DNA from: Nitrospirota bacterium
GTDB taxonomy: Bacteria; Nitrospirota; JACRHJ01
Length of the DNA: 64,000 nucleotides
NCBI GenBank assembly: GCA_016212105.1
Contig: JACRHJ010000046.1
Coordinates: 30,136-94,135, forward strand
Reading direction: 5' to 3'
Shown: piece by piece, positions 10,404 through 19,575 of the stretch
Layout of the letters: every line of letters starts with the position of its first letter
Position numbering within the stretch: the stretch's first letter is position 1
Program-made: the position numbers and the translations under genes
The notes under the pieces: model-generated
What the model saw: the letters and a program-made list of their open reading frames with translations, nothing else
Told to the model about the DNA's origin: nothing
Databases searched by the model: none

Positions 10404-12167
10404 ATGAAGGTCTTTCACGGCATAGGCGTGTCTCTCGGCATCGCCATCGGCAAGGCGTACCTGGTAGACAGGGACCGCATCTCCGTGTCCAGGAAGAGCA
10501 TCACGGACGAGGAGGTCAAGGAGGAGATTGCCCGGTTCAAGCGGGCCGTCGCTACCTCCAAGGACCAGCTCCAGGACATCAGGAAGAAGCTCTCGCTCGA
10601 CATCGGCGAGGAGCACGGCTACATACTCGACAGCCACCTGATGATCCTCGACGACAAGATGCTGGTGAACGGCGCGATAGAGATGATCAAGGGCCAGATG
10701 GTCAACGCCGAGTACGCCCTCAAGGAAGTCATCGGCCGGTTCATGAGCATCTTCGATGGCATGGGCGACGAGTACCTCAAGGAGAGGAAGGGCGACATCG
10801 AGCACGTCGGCGAGAGGATACTAAGGAACCTCTCCGGCAAGGCGCTCGACTCGGTATCCGACCTGCCCGAGGAGGCGGTCGTCATAGCCCACGACCTCGC
10901 GCCGTCGGACACCTTCCAGATGCGCAAGGACCGCGTCATGGCCTTCGTCACGGACATAGGCAGCAGCACGTCGCACACCGCCATCATGGCCCGCTCCCTC
11001 GAAATGCCGGCCGTGGTAGGCCTCGAGGTCATCAGCCGCGAGGTCAGCACCGGCGACCCCATCATAGTGGACGGCAACCAGGGCGTTGTCGTCGTCAACC
11101 CCGACCAGGCGACGTTTCTCGAATACCTCGAACGCCAGCGCAGGTACAAGTATTTCGAGAAAGAGCTTGTAAAGATAAGCAAGCTTCCCGCCCGCACCCA
11201 GGACGGCCACGAGGTGCACCTCGCGGCGAACCTCGAGATACCCGAGGACGTCGAGGGCATGCAGGAGCACGGCGCGAAGGGCATAGGGCTGTTCCGGACG
11301 GAGTTCCTGTTCATGAACAGGAAGGACCTGCCGAGCGAGGAAGAGCACTTCCTCGCATGCAAGAAGATAGTCGAGAAGATGGAGCCGTACCACGTCATAG
11401 CGAGGACTTTCGACCTGGGCGGCGACAAGATACCGGTGCCGATGCCCATAAAGGGCGAGACTAACCCCGCCCTCGGACTCCGGGCGGTACGCTTCTCGCT
11501 CCTTCGCAGGGAGATATTCAAGGTGCAACTCCGGGGCATACTCAGGGCGAGCGCCTACGGCGACATCCGCCTGATGTACCCGATGATATCCGGCGTGTCC
11601 GAGCTTCGCCAGGCGAACCAGGTCGTCCACGAGGCGATGGACGAGCTGAGGCGCGAGAAGATACCGTTCAACGAGGACATCAAGATAGGCGTCATGATAG
11701 AGATTCCGTCCGCGGCCGTGACCGCCGACCTCATAGCGAAGGAGGCGGACTTCTTCAGCGTCGGAACGAACGACCTAATACAGTACGCGATGGCAATAGA
11801 CCGCCTCAACGAACACGTCGCGTACCTCTACGAACCGCTCCACCCGGCGGTGCTCCGGTTCCTGAAGATGATAGTGGAAGCGGGCCACAAGGCCGGGATA
11901 CCCGTCGGGATGTGCGGCGAGATGGCGGGCGAGCCGCTGTACTCGCTTGTCCTGCTCGGCCTCGGGTTCGACGAGCTGTCGATGAACCAGTACTCCATAC
12001 CGAGGATGAAGAAGCTGTTCCGCCAGTCGGAGATGAAGGAGGCGGCGCGGTTGACCGAGAAGGCCATCGGGCTGCCCACCGCCGAGGAGGCGAGGAAGCT
12101 CGTCGTCGATTACATGGCCGGCCGGTTCCCCGAGGACATCGGGGCGGACGGGAAGCTGATGTATTAG
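10404..12167 (+). CDS. ptsI: Phosphoenolpyruvate-protein phosphotransferase (PTS enzyme I, no GAF domain)
   Basis: TSHTAIMAR, GIGLFRTEF, ETNPALGLR, SVGTNDLIQY, MCGEMAG. Confidence 0.95.
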   Translation: MKVFHGIGVSLGIAIGKAYLVDRDRISVSRKSITDEEVKEEIARFKRAVATSKDQLQDIRKKLSLDIGEEHGYILDSHLMILDDKMLVNGAIEMIKGQMVNAEYALKEVIGRFMSIFDGMGDEYLKERKGDIEHVGERILRNLSGKALDSVSDLPEEAVVIAHDLAPSDTFQMRKDRVMAFVTDIGSSTSHTAIMARSLEMPAVVGLEVISREVSTGDPIIVDGNQGVVVVNPDQATFLEYLERQRRYKYFEKELVKISKLPARTQDGHEVHLAANLEIPEDVEGMQEHGAKGIGLFRTEFLFMNRKDLPSEEEHFLACKKIVEKMEPYHVIARTFDLGGDKIPVPMPIKGETNPALGLRAVRFSLLRREIFKVQLRGILRASAYGDIRLMYPMISGVSELRQANQVVHEAMDELRREKIPFNEDIKIGVMIEIPSAAVTADLIAKEADFFSVGTNDLIQYAMAIDRLNEHVAYLYEPLHPAVLRFLKMIVEAGHKAGIPVGMCGEMAGEPLYSLVLLGLGFDELSMNQYSIPRMKKLFRQSEMKEAARLTEKAIGLPTAEEARKLVVDYMAGRFPEDIGADGKLMY

Positions 12168-12231
12168 TGGGGATGGGCTGCCATAAACTGCACTATTAAT
12201 GTCCCTGTATCCCGTGTCATACTTCATAACG

Positions 12232-12600
12232 CCCCCCGGCCCCCTCTTATCTTAAGAGGGGGAGTAAGTGGTCGAGGCCGGATTCTTGGCAGGGCCGACA
12301 CGACGGTCGGCCCCTACAAAATCGTAGGGGAGGACCATCGTGTCCTCCCTTCCTGATGTTATTATTGGTTCGGCAACAAAATAGGCAAACTTCCTGGACC
12401 CCGTGTCAAGCACGGGGCGACGAACAAGCACACGTCATTCCCGCGAAAGCGGGAATCCAGCGACTTTTCTTACTTCGCATGGTTTGTATTTATTATTGCC
12501 GGTTTAATACCACAAGATATTCGGCGGCATCGCGGATTATATGTTATTATAATGGTATGGTTTAACAGTTCTTGGGCCGCCTATTAACAAAAGGCGGGAC
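12232..12600. repeat. REP-like palindrome cluster
   Basis: CCCCTCTTATCTTAAGAGGGG, GGGCCGACACGACGGTCGGCCCCTAC, CCTGGACCCCGTGTCAAGCACGGGGCGAC (12393), GTCATTCCCGCGAAAGCGGGAATCCAG (12434). Confidence 0.75.
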
Positions 12601-12627
12601 TTTTCTCCCTGGTACCGGGGTGGCAAA

Positions 12628-13293
12628 ATGCGCATACTTGTTGTCGAAGACGAGCCCAAGGTAGCGAGCTTCGTCAAGAAGGGGCTGGAGGAGGAATCCT
12701 ACGCGGTCGATACCGCATCCGACGGCGAGGAGGGGCTCGGCATGCTCTCCCTGAACGTCTACGACGCGGTGGTGCTCGACCTGATGCTCCCAAAGAAAAA
12801 CGGCATCGAGGTCGTCCGGGAGATGCGGGCACAGGGGATGAACACCCCGGTCCTCATGCTGACCGCGAGGGACACGCTGGGCGAGAAGATACAAGGGCTG
12901 GACGCGGGCGCGGACGACTACCTGACGAAGCCCTTCGCCTTCCAGGAGCTGGTGGCGAGGCTCCGCTCGCTGCTCCGGCGCGGCAGGGCCGAGATTAACA
13001 TCCTCCAAGTGGACGACCTTTCGCTCGACCCGGCTACCCGCAAGGTGAAACGTGCGGGCGAGGAGCTTGTCCTGACCGCGAAGGAGTTCGCGCTCCTCGA
13101 ATACATGATGAGAAACGTCGGCAGGCCGCTCTCCAGGACTACTCTCTCCGAGCATGTCTGGGACATAAACTTCGACAGGATGACCAACGTCGTCGACGTG
13201 TACATAAACTTCCTCCGTAACAAGGTGGACAAGGGTTTCGACAGGAAGCTCATACACACCGTGCGCGGCGTCGGGTACATGCTCAAGGAATGA
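12628..13293 (+). CDS. OmpR-family response regulator (CusR/CzcR-like)
   Basis: MRILVVEDE, LDLMLP, GADDYLTKPF, TNVVDVYI, LIHTVRGVGY. Confidence 0.92.
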   Translation: MRILVVEDEPKVASFVKKGLEEESYAVDTASDGEEGLGMLSLNVYDAVVLDLMLPKKNGIEVVREMRAQGMNTPVLMLTARDTLGEKIQGLDAGADDYLTKPFAFQELVARLRSLLRRGRAEINILQVDDLSLDPATRKVKRAGEELVLTAKEFALLEYMMRNVGRPLSRTTLSEHVWDINFDRMTNVVDVYINFLRNKVDKGFDRKLIHTVRGVGYMLKE

Positions 13294-14300
13294 AACAGCA
13301 CTCGCTCAAGTACCGGCTCGCCATGAAGAACGCCGGGGCGTGTCTGCTCGCAGCGCTGGTCAGCCTTGTCCTGTACTTCCTGATAGATCCGTTCAGCCGG
13401 TCCGCGGCGGTCATCGTCTCGCTCGCCTTCTTCTCCGCATCCGTATATCTCTCCGCGTACATATTCGCAGCCATGGAGTTGTGGGCCTTCAAGAAGCTCG
13501 CGGAGGGTGGCGAGAACGTCCTGTCCGACTCGGAGCTGGGCGAGCAGCTCCCCGAGGTGAGGGAGGTGCTCGACGTCGTGCGCGGCTTCAAGTCGAGGAT
13601 GGACGAGGCGGTGGTATCCCAGAAGAGGTTCCTCGCCGACGCGTCGCACGAGATGCGCTCCCCCATCACCATCATGAAGGGCAACATGGAGATAGCGCTC
13701 CGAAGGGAGCGCGGCGCGGCCGAGTACCGCGAGGTCCTCGCGAGCAACCTCGAGGAGATCGAGAGGCTCGAATACCTCGTCAAGGACCTGATGTTCCTCG
13801 CGCGCGCGGACTCCTCCGAGCTTGTCGTAAACAACGCGCCGGTGGTCCTGGACGAGGTGCTCCTGCAGGTCGTCGAGGGGCTCATGACGATGGCCGCCAC
13901 GAAGGGCGTGGAGCTGGAGATGAAGCCCGCCTGCGAGGACTGCTGCGTCGTAGACGGAGACCGTGACAGGCTTCGCCAGCTTTTCGTGAACCTCATCGAG
14001 AACTCGCTCCGGTACACGCCGCGGGGAGGCCGCGTGACGGTCGAACTCAGGTCGCTCGCCGGGGTCAACAAGGTAACCGTTTCGGACACCGGCATCGGGA
14101 TACCCAAGGACGAGCTGGGGAAGATATTCGAGAGGTTCTACCGCGTGGACAAGGCCCGTGCGCGTGAGTCTGGCGGCACCGGCCTCGGCCTCTGTATATC
14201 CAAATGGATTGTCGAGTCGCACGGCGGCGAGATAACCATCGAGAGCGAAGAGGGCGTCGGCACCGTCGTCACCGTGATGTTCCTGTCAAGTTTTTCTTGA
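13290..14300 (+). CDS. Sensor histidine kinase (2 TM, HisKA, HATPase)
   Basis: H-box ADASHEMRSP, N-box NLIENSLRY, DTGIGI, FERFYR, GGTGLGL. Confidence 0.92.
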   Translation: MKQHSLKYRLAMKNAGACLLAALVSLVLYFLIDPFSRSAAVIVSLAFFSASVYLSAYIFAAMELWAFKKLAEGGENVLSDSELGEQLPEVREVLDVVRGFKSRMDEAVVSQKRFLADASHEMRSPITIMKGNMEIALRRERGAAEYREVLASNLEEIERLEYLVKDLMFLARADSSELVVNNAPVVLDEVLLQVVEGLMTMAATKGVELEMKPACEDCCVVDGDRDRLRQLFVNLIENSLRYTPRGGRVTVELRSLAGVNKVTVSDTGIGIPKDELGKIFERFYRVDKARARESGGTGLGLCISKWIVESHGGEITIESEEGVGTVVTVMFLSSFS

Positions 14301-14435
14301 CATCGGGTAGCCTGAACTGATACGTTAAAGGGGACATAGTGGAGATCCCTCACCCCTGTGTCCCCTCTCCCGCAAGGAGAGGGGAATTATAGTTATCCGG
14401 TTCTTGAAGCAACGTTAATTCTGGAGGGCGCGGGT

Positions 14436-14663
14436 ATGGCCAGGGACGACATAGAGAGGCTGATTGGCAAGGCGATAATAGAGCCGGAGTTCCTGCGCGA
14501 GCTGCTGCAGGACCCAGAGGGCGCGGCCTTGAAGGCCGGCATAGTACTATCGCCGGACGAGGTGGAGGCCATAAAGCAGGTGAGCCGCGAGCAGGCGATG
14601 AAGTTCGCCGAGGAGTTCGAGAGCAGGATAGTCAAACGCTGGATGGGGGTGGGGACGATTTAG
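14436..14663 (+). CDS. Small NHLP/nitrile-hydratase-leader-clan protein (Os1348/Franean1_4349-like)
   Basis: RBS GGAGG; MARDDIERLIGKAIIEPEFLRELLQDPEGAALKAGIVLSPDE fits the LIxKAxxDxxFRxxLLxDP..L(S/T)xEE pattern. Confidence 0.6.
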   Translation: MARDDIERLIGKAIIEPEFLRELLQDPEGAALKAGIVLSPDEVEAIKQVSREQAMKFAEEFESRIVKRWMGVGTI

Positions 14664-14692
14664 CTCCCGCCAGGCGGCATAGTGTGATTTTG

Positions 14693-14720
14693 AAAGGGCG
14701 CGTGAGCGCCCTTTTTGTTT
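14693..14720 (+). terminator. Rho-independent terminator
   Basis: AAAGGGCG-cgtgag-CGCCCTTT followed by TTGTTTTT. Confidence 0.65.
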
Positions 14721-14821
14721 TTAAAACAAGATGTTTTCCTTGACCTGCGGTATTTAATGATATAGGATTATCTCCGCACGAGCAGGAGTCAATATGTTTA
14801 CCACTAAGGGTGAACCACCGA

Positions 14822-17800
14822 ATGTCCCTTCTCGAAACCTACATAAAAGAAGTAAGAGACATCCGCGCGACTGGCGCGGGAGTCAAAGAAACCTCCTATT
14901 ACCCTGCCCTGTCCAATCTCTTCAACGAAATCGGCAAGACCCTCAAGCCTAAAGTACGGTGCGTATCGCAGCTTGCCAAACGGGGCGCGGGCAGCCCGGA
15001 TTTCGGGCTGTTTACTGCCGACCAGTTCCAGAAGTCCAATAAGGAAGAGCCTGCACCCGGAGTAATGCCCGCGCGTGGCGTTATCGAGGTCAAGGGCACG
15101 GGCGACGATGCATGGGTTGTCGCGGACGGCGGCCAAGTCTCAAAGTACTGGGAACGTTACGGCCTCGTGCTGGTCACGAACTACCGCGACTTCGTGCTGG
15201 TCGGGAAGGACGTCGAAGGCGCACCGGTCAAGCTGGAGACGTACCGTCTCGCCGCAAATGAAAAGGAGTTCTGGTCAGCAGCGGCGAACCCGCGCAAGTT
15301 TGCCACGGCGCACGAGGAGCGCTTCGTCGAGTATATCAGGCGCGTCCTGCTGCACTCCGCCCCGCTGGAGAAGCCGGAAGACCTGGCGTGGTTCCTCGCG
15401 TCTTACGCGAGAGACGCGAAGGCCCGCATCGAGCACAGCGAGCTTGAGGCGCTCGGCTCCATACGCACCGCGCTGGAGGAAGCGCTCGGCATAAAGTTTA
15501 CAGGCGAAAAGGGCGACCACTTCTTCCGCTCGACCCTCATCCAGACGCTTTTCTACGGCATATTCTCGTCATGGGTGCTTTGGAGCAAGAAGCACAAGCC
15601 CACCGACAAGAAGGCGCGTTTCGACTGGCGCATGGCGGCGTGGAGCCTGCACGTCCCGATGATACGCGCATTGTTCGAGCAGGTGGCGACGCCGACCAAG
15701 CTCGGGCCGCTGGGCCTTGAGGAAGTGCTTGACTGGACGGCTACCGCCCTGAACCGTGTGGACCGCGCGAACTTCTTCGAGAACTTCGAGGAAGGCCATG
15801 CGGTGCAGTACTTCTACGAGCCATTCCTGAAGGCGTTCGACCCGGAGCTTCGCAAAGACCTCGGCGTATGGTATACCCCGCCCGAGGTCGTGAAGTACAT
15901 GGTGGAGCGCGTGGATACCGTCCTGCGCGAGGAACTCGGCCTGCCCGACGGGCTTGCCGACCCGAACGTATACGTCCTCGACCCCTGCACTGGTACAGGC
16001 TCGTTCCTTGTCGAGACGCTCAAGCGAATACACAAGACATACGACGAGCAAGGCGCGGGCGCGCTCGGCGGCGAGAAGCTGAAGGAGGCCGCGAAAAGCC
16101 GCGTCTTCGGGTTCGAGATACTGCCCGCCCCGTTCGTGGTCGCGCACCTTCAGCTCGGGCTTCTGCTTCAGAACCTCGGCGTCCCGCTCTCGGATAAAAA
16201 CAACGAGCGGGTCGGGGTTTACCTGACCAACGCCCTCACCGGCTGGGAGCCTCCTGAAGGCCCGCAGGCGAAAGTTAGCTTTCCTGAACTGGAGGAAGAG
16301 CGCGACGCAGCCGAGCATGTCAAGCGCGACAAGCCCATACTCGTGATACTCGGCAACCCGCCGTATAACGCCTTCGCGGGTGCCAGCCCGCAGGAGGAGC
16401 ACGGGCTGGTCGAGCCGTACAAAGAGGGGCTTGTCAAGGAATGGAAGATAAAGAAGTTCAACCTCGACGACCTGTACGTGCGCTTCTTCCGTCTCGCGGA
16501 GAGGCGGATCGCCGAGAAGACAGGGCGGGGCGTCGTCTGCTATATCTCCAACTTCTCGTACCTGGGCGACCCCTCGTTCGTCGTGATGCGCAAGCGTTTC
16601 CTCGCCGGGTTCGACAGGCTGTGGTTCGACTGCATGAACGGAGATTCCCGCGAGACAGGCAAGGTTACGCCGGACGGGAAGCCCGACCCGTCCGTGTTCT
16701 CGACGGAGTACAACCGCGAGGGGATACGGGTCGGGACGGCTATCGGATTGATGGTTCGGAAGGACGGGCGGGCGGGTTCGCCCGATGTGCGGTTCAGGCA
16801 CTTCTGGGGCGCGGACAAGCGCGGGCAGCTTGTGGAGAGTCTTTCGGCAAAGGACTTTGAAGGCTCTTATGAGATTGCCGAGCCAGAAGCCTGGAATTAC
16901 CATAATTTCAAAATACTTAAGGTATCGGATGAGTATAAAGAGTGGCCGAAGATAATAGACCTGTGCGCACATGAACCCTATAATGGGCCGGTGGAGCGCA
17001 GGGGCATGGCGTTGATTTCTATGGATAAGGATTCACTTGCAAATCGGATATTAGCATATTTCGATGCCGCTATTTCTGATGACGAGATCAAGAAAATTCA
17101 TCCGTCTTTGATGATGACCGGTAACAGAATAGTTGGCCCTGACGCAAGGACGAAAATACAGCACGATTTCAGATATGACGAATCTCGAATTGTACACTAC
17201 CCGTTCAAACCAATGGATGTTCGCTGGTGTTATCTGGAAAATCTGCGGCCATTGTTTAGTGAGCCAAGTCCCCAACTGCTTAATCAAAGAACTCCGGGCA
17301 ATGCATTCTTCATTACCCGTGATTCAGCGGACAAAGACGGCGAGGGCATACCGTTCTACTTCTCCTCAAGTATTTGTGATTATGATGCAATATCTGGTCA
17401 TGCACGACACGTTCCTATGTTAATCAATATCGATGTGTTAAGGAAAACCCCACATAGCGATTATTTGCACAAAAGAGATTTGAAAGCGGAATACGTTTCA
17501 AATATATCTGAACAAGCAATAGTGTACATTGAGGAACTCGGCGTTAATTACCAAAACAACTATGAAACTGCAAGCCTGATCTGGTTGCACGCCCTCGCCA
17601 TCGGCTACTCGCCGCAGTATCTGAAAGAGAACGCCGACGGCATAAAAATAGACTGGCCCCGCATCCCGCTCCCGAACAGCAAGGCGCAACTGCAAAACTC
17701 CGCGAATCTCGGCAAAAAGATAGCCGCGCTCCTCGACACGGAAGGCCAAGTCCCCGGCGTAACCACGGGCAAAATACGACCAGAACTAAAGAATATGGCG

Positions 17801-18292
17801 GCCTGCGCAAAGGTGGGCGGCGGGAACCTCGACATAAACAAAGGCGAGTCCGCCCTGACCGCAGGCTGGGGCCACGGCGGAAAGGACGGCATAACCATGC
17901 CGGGCAAGGGAAAAGCCGTCGAGCGCGACTACACGCCCGAAGAGAAGGCCGCGATAGAAGAAGGCGCAAAGGCGCTCGGCCTTACGCTCGACGAGGCGAT
18001 GGAGCACCTCGGCGAGACCACATATGACATATACCTGAACGATACGGCCTACTGGAAGGACATCCCGCGCAAGGTATGGGAGTACACGATAGGCGGCTAC
18101 CAGGTAATGAAAAAGTGGCTGTCCTACCGCGAGCGCGACCTGCTTGGACGCGCGCTGACCGCCGATGAAATCACCGAGGTGACAAACATGGCGCGCAGGA
18201 TAGCCGCGATAGTCCTGCTTGAGCGGGAACTCGACGGCAACTACATAAAGGCCAAGGATGGCGCATACCGGTGGAAGGGTGAAGGCGGATAA
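14822..18292 (+). CDS. Single-chain restriction-modification enzyme: PD-(D/E)xK nuclease, N6-adenine methyltransferase and type ISP-like C-terminal specificity region (type IIG/IIL-like)
   Basis: SPDFG..GVIEVK nuclease motif, GVWYTP, VLDPCTGTGSFL (motif I), GNPPY (motif IV), C-terminal VWEYTIGGYQVMKKWLSYR; no helicase motifs. Start GTG 14810 or ATG 14822. Confidence 0.85.
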   Translation: MSLLETYIKEVRDIRATGAGVKETSYYPALSNLFNEIGKTLKPKVRCVSQLAKRGAGSPDFGLFTADQFQKSNKEEPAPGVMPARGVIEVKGTGDDAWVVADGGQVSKYWERYGLVLVTNYRDFVLVGKDVEGAPVKLETYRLAANEKEFWSAAANPRKFATAHEERFVEYIRRVLLHSAPLEKPEDLAWFLASYARDAKARIEHSELEALGSIRTALEEALGIKFTGEKGDHFFRSTLIQTLFYGIFSSWVLWSKKHKPTDKKARFDWRMAAWSLHVPMIRALFEQVATPTKLGPLGLEEVLDWTATALNRVDRANFFENFEEGHAVQYFYEPFLKAFDPELRKDLGVWYTPPEVVKYMVERVDTVLREELGLPDGLADPNVYVLDPCTGTGSFLVETLKRIHKTYDEQGAGALGGEKLKEAAKSRVFGFEILPAPFVVAHLQLGLLLQNLGVPLSDKNNERVGVYLTNALTGWEPPEGPQAKVSFPELEEERDAAEHVKRDKPILVILGNPPYNAFAGASPQEEHGLVEPYKEGLVKEWKIKKFNLDDLYVRFFRLAERRIAEKTGRGVVCYISNFSYLGDPSFVVMRKRFLAGFDRLWFDCMNGDSRETGKVTPDGKPDPSVFSTEYNREGIRVGTAIGLMVRKDGRAGSPDVRFRHFWGADKRGQLVESLSAKDFEGSYEIAEPEAWNYHNFKILKVSDEYKEWPKIIDLCAHEPYNGPVERRGMALISMDKDSLANRILAYFDAAISDDEIKKIHPSLMMTGNRIVGPDARTKIQHDFRYDESRIVHYPFKPMDVRWCYLENLRPLFSEPSPQLLNQRTPGNAFFITRDSADKDGEGIPFYFSSSICDYDAISGHARHVPMLINIDVLRKTPHSDYLHKRDLKAEYVSNISEQAIVYIEELGVNYQNNYETASLIWLHALAIGYSPQYLKENADGIKIDWPRIPLPNSKAQLQNSANLGKKIAALLDTEGQVPGVTTGKIRPELKNMAACAKVGGGNLDINKGESALTAGWGHGGKDGITMPGKGKAVERDYTPEEKAAIEEGAKALGLTLDEAMEHLGETTYDIYLNDTAYWKDIPRKVWEYTIGGYQVMKKWLSYRERDLLGRALTADEITEVTNMARRIAAIVLLERELDGNYIKAKDGAYRWKGEGG

Positions 18293-18330
18293 TATAACGC
18301 GCCGGATAAACGTGTAGCCGCGAAAAAAGC

Positions 18331-18478
18331 AGATTCCTCGGCTTCGCTCGGAATGACAAGCAAAGTCACTGGATTCCCGCTGGAGTTTACCCCGGTATGC
18401 CTAAAGCCGGGGCGGGAATGACGGTCAAAGGAGGAGATTGCCGCGTCGTCCCGCAAGGCGGGGCTCCTCGCAATGACA
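18331..18478. repeat. REP-like palindrome cluster between convergent genes
   Basis: AGATTCCTCGGCTTCGCTCGGAATGAC; GGATTCCCGC..GCGGGAATGAC; GAGATTGCCGCGTCG..CTCGCAATGAC. Confidence 0.65.
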
Positions 18479-18487
18479 TAAACAACC

Positions 18488-19273
18488 TCACCCCCGCCCG
18501 GTAGCCTTGGCCTCGTCCCAGAGCGCTTCCATCTCCGCGAGCGTCATGGCGGACAGCTCCTTGCCGGACAGCGCCGCCTGCTCCTCGATATACTGGAACC
18601 GGCGTATGAACTTCGAGATGGTCTTCCTGAGCGCGTCCTCCGGGTTCACGCCTATGAACCGCGAGATGTTGACCAGCATGAAGAAGATGTCGCCAAGCTC
18701 GTCCTCCATCTCGGAGGGGTTGCGGCGTCCGAGCGTGTCCTTGAACTCGCCGACCTCCTCGTCCAGCTTGGCTATCACGTCGCCCACGTCGTCCCAGTTG
18801 AACCCGACGCGCGCGGCGCGTTCCTGAAGCCTGTGCGCGCGTGTCAGCGCGGGCAGCTCTTTCGGCACGCCTTCGAGTATGGACTTCCTGTCCTTGTAGC
18901 CCTCCTCGGTCTTCTTCATCGCCTCCCAGTCGACGAGCACCTCCTTGGAGGTCGCAAGCACCTTGTCGCCGAAGACGTGCGGGTGCCGCCTTATCATCTT
19001 CTCCGCGATGCGGGACAGGACGTCGTCTATGGTGAACTCGCCAGCCTCCTCCGCGACACGGGAGTGGAAGACGACCTGGAACAGCACGTCGCCAAGCTCC
19101 TCCTTGACCTTGTCCGGCGAGCCCTCGTCGATGGCCTCGATGACCTCGTATGTCTCCTCGACAAGGAACGGCTTCAGAGACTCGCGCGTCTGCTCCCTGT
19201 CCCACGGGCAGCCGTCCGGCCCCCGAAGCCTCGCCATTATCTCAACAAGCTGTGAAAAACCCTCGTGCGCCAA
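18488..19273 (-). CDS. mazG: Nucleoside triphosphate pyrophosphohydrolase
   Basis: LRGPDGCPWDREQT, EETYEV, EELGDVL, KMIRRHPHVF, KFIRRF. Confidence 0.95.
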   Translation of the reverse strand: MAHEGFSQLVEIMARLRGPDGCPWDREQTRESLKPFLVEETYEVIEAIDEGSPDKVKEELGDVLFQVVFHSRVAEEAGEFTIDDVLSRIAEKMIRRHPHVFGDKVLATSKEVLVDWEAMKKTEEGYKDRKSILEGVPKELPALTRAHRLQERAARVGFNWDDVGDVIAKLDEEVGEFKDTLGRRNPSEMEDELGDIFFMLVNISRFIGVNPEDALRKTISKFIRRFQYIEEQAALSGKELSAMTLAEMEALWDEAKATGRG

Positions 19274-19575
19274 GATTTCACCCCCGGAATAGTTTATATA
19301 TGGTGTTTTCGAGTACCTTATGCCCCCTCTTAAGATAAGAGGGGGATGGGGGCGTTATGAGACACTCGGACGGTGTCAACGCACGCGAATTTCATAACCC
19401 CCTTAATCCCCCTTATCTTAAGGGGGAGATATAAGGTTGAAGCCAGCCAGCATTATACCACCCGCGTCCGATATTGCAACGGATAATGAAGCTCCGAATT
19501 TGAGGCAATAGATGCTGTTTATGCTATAATATGTTATGCGTGATAATTATTTCCGGAAATTGTGAGGTGGCGAAT

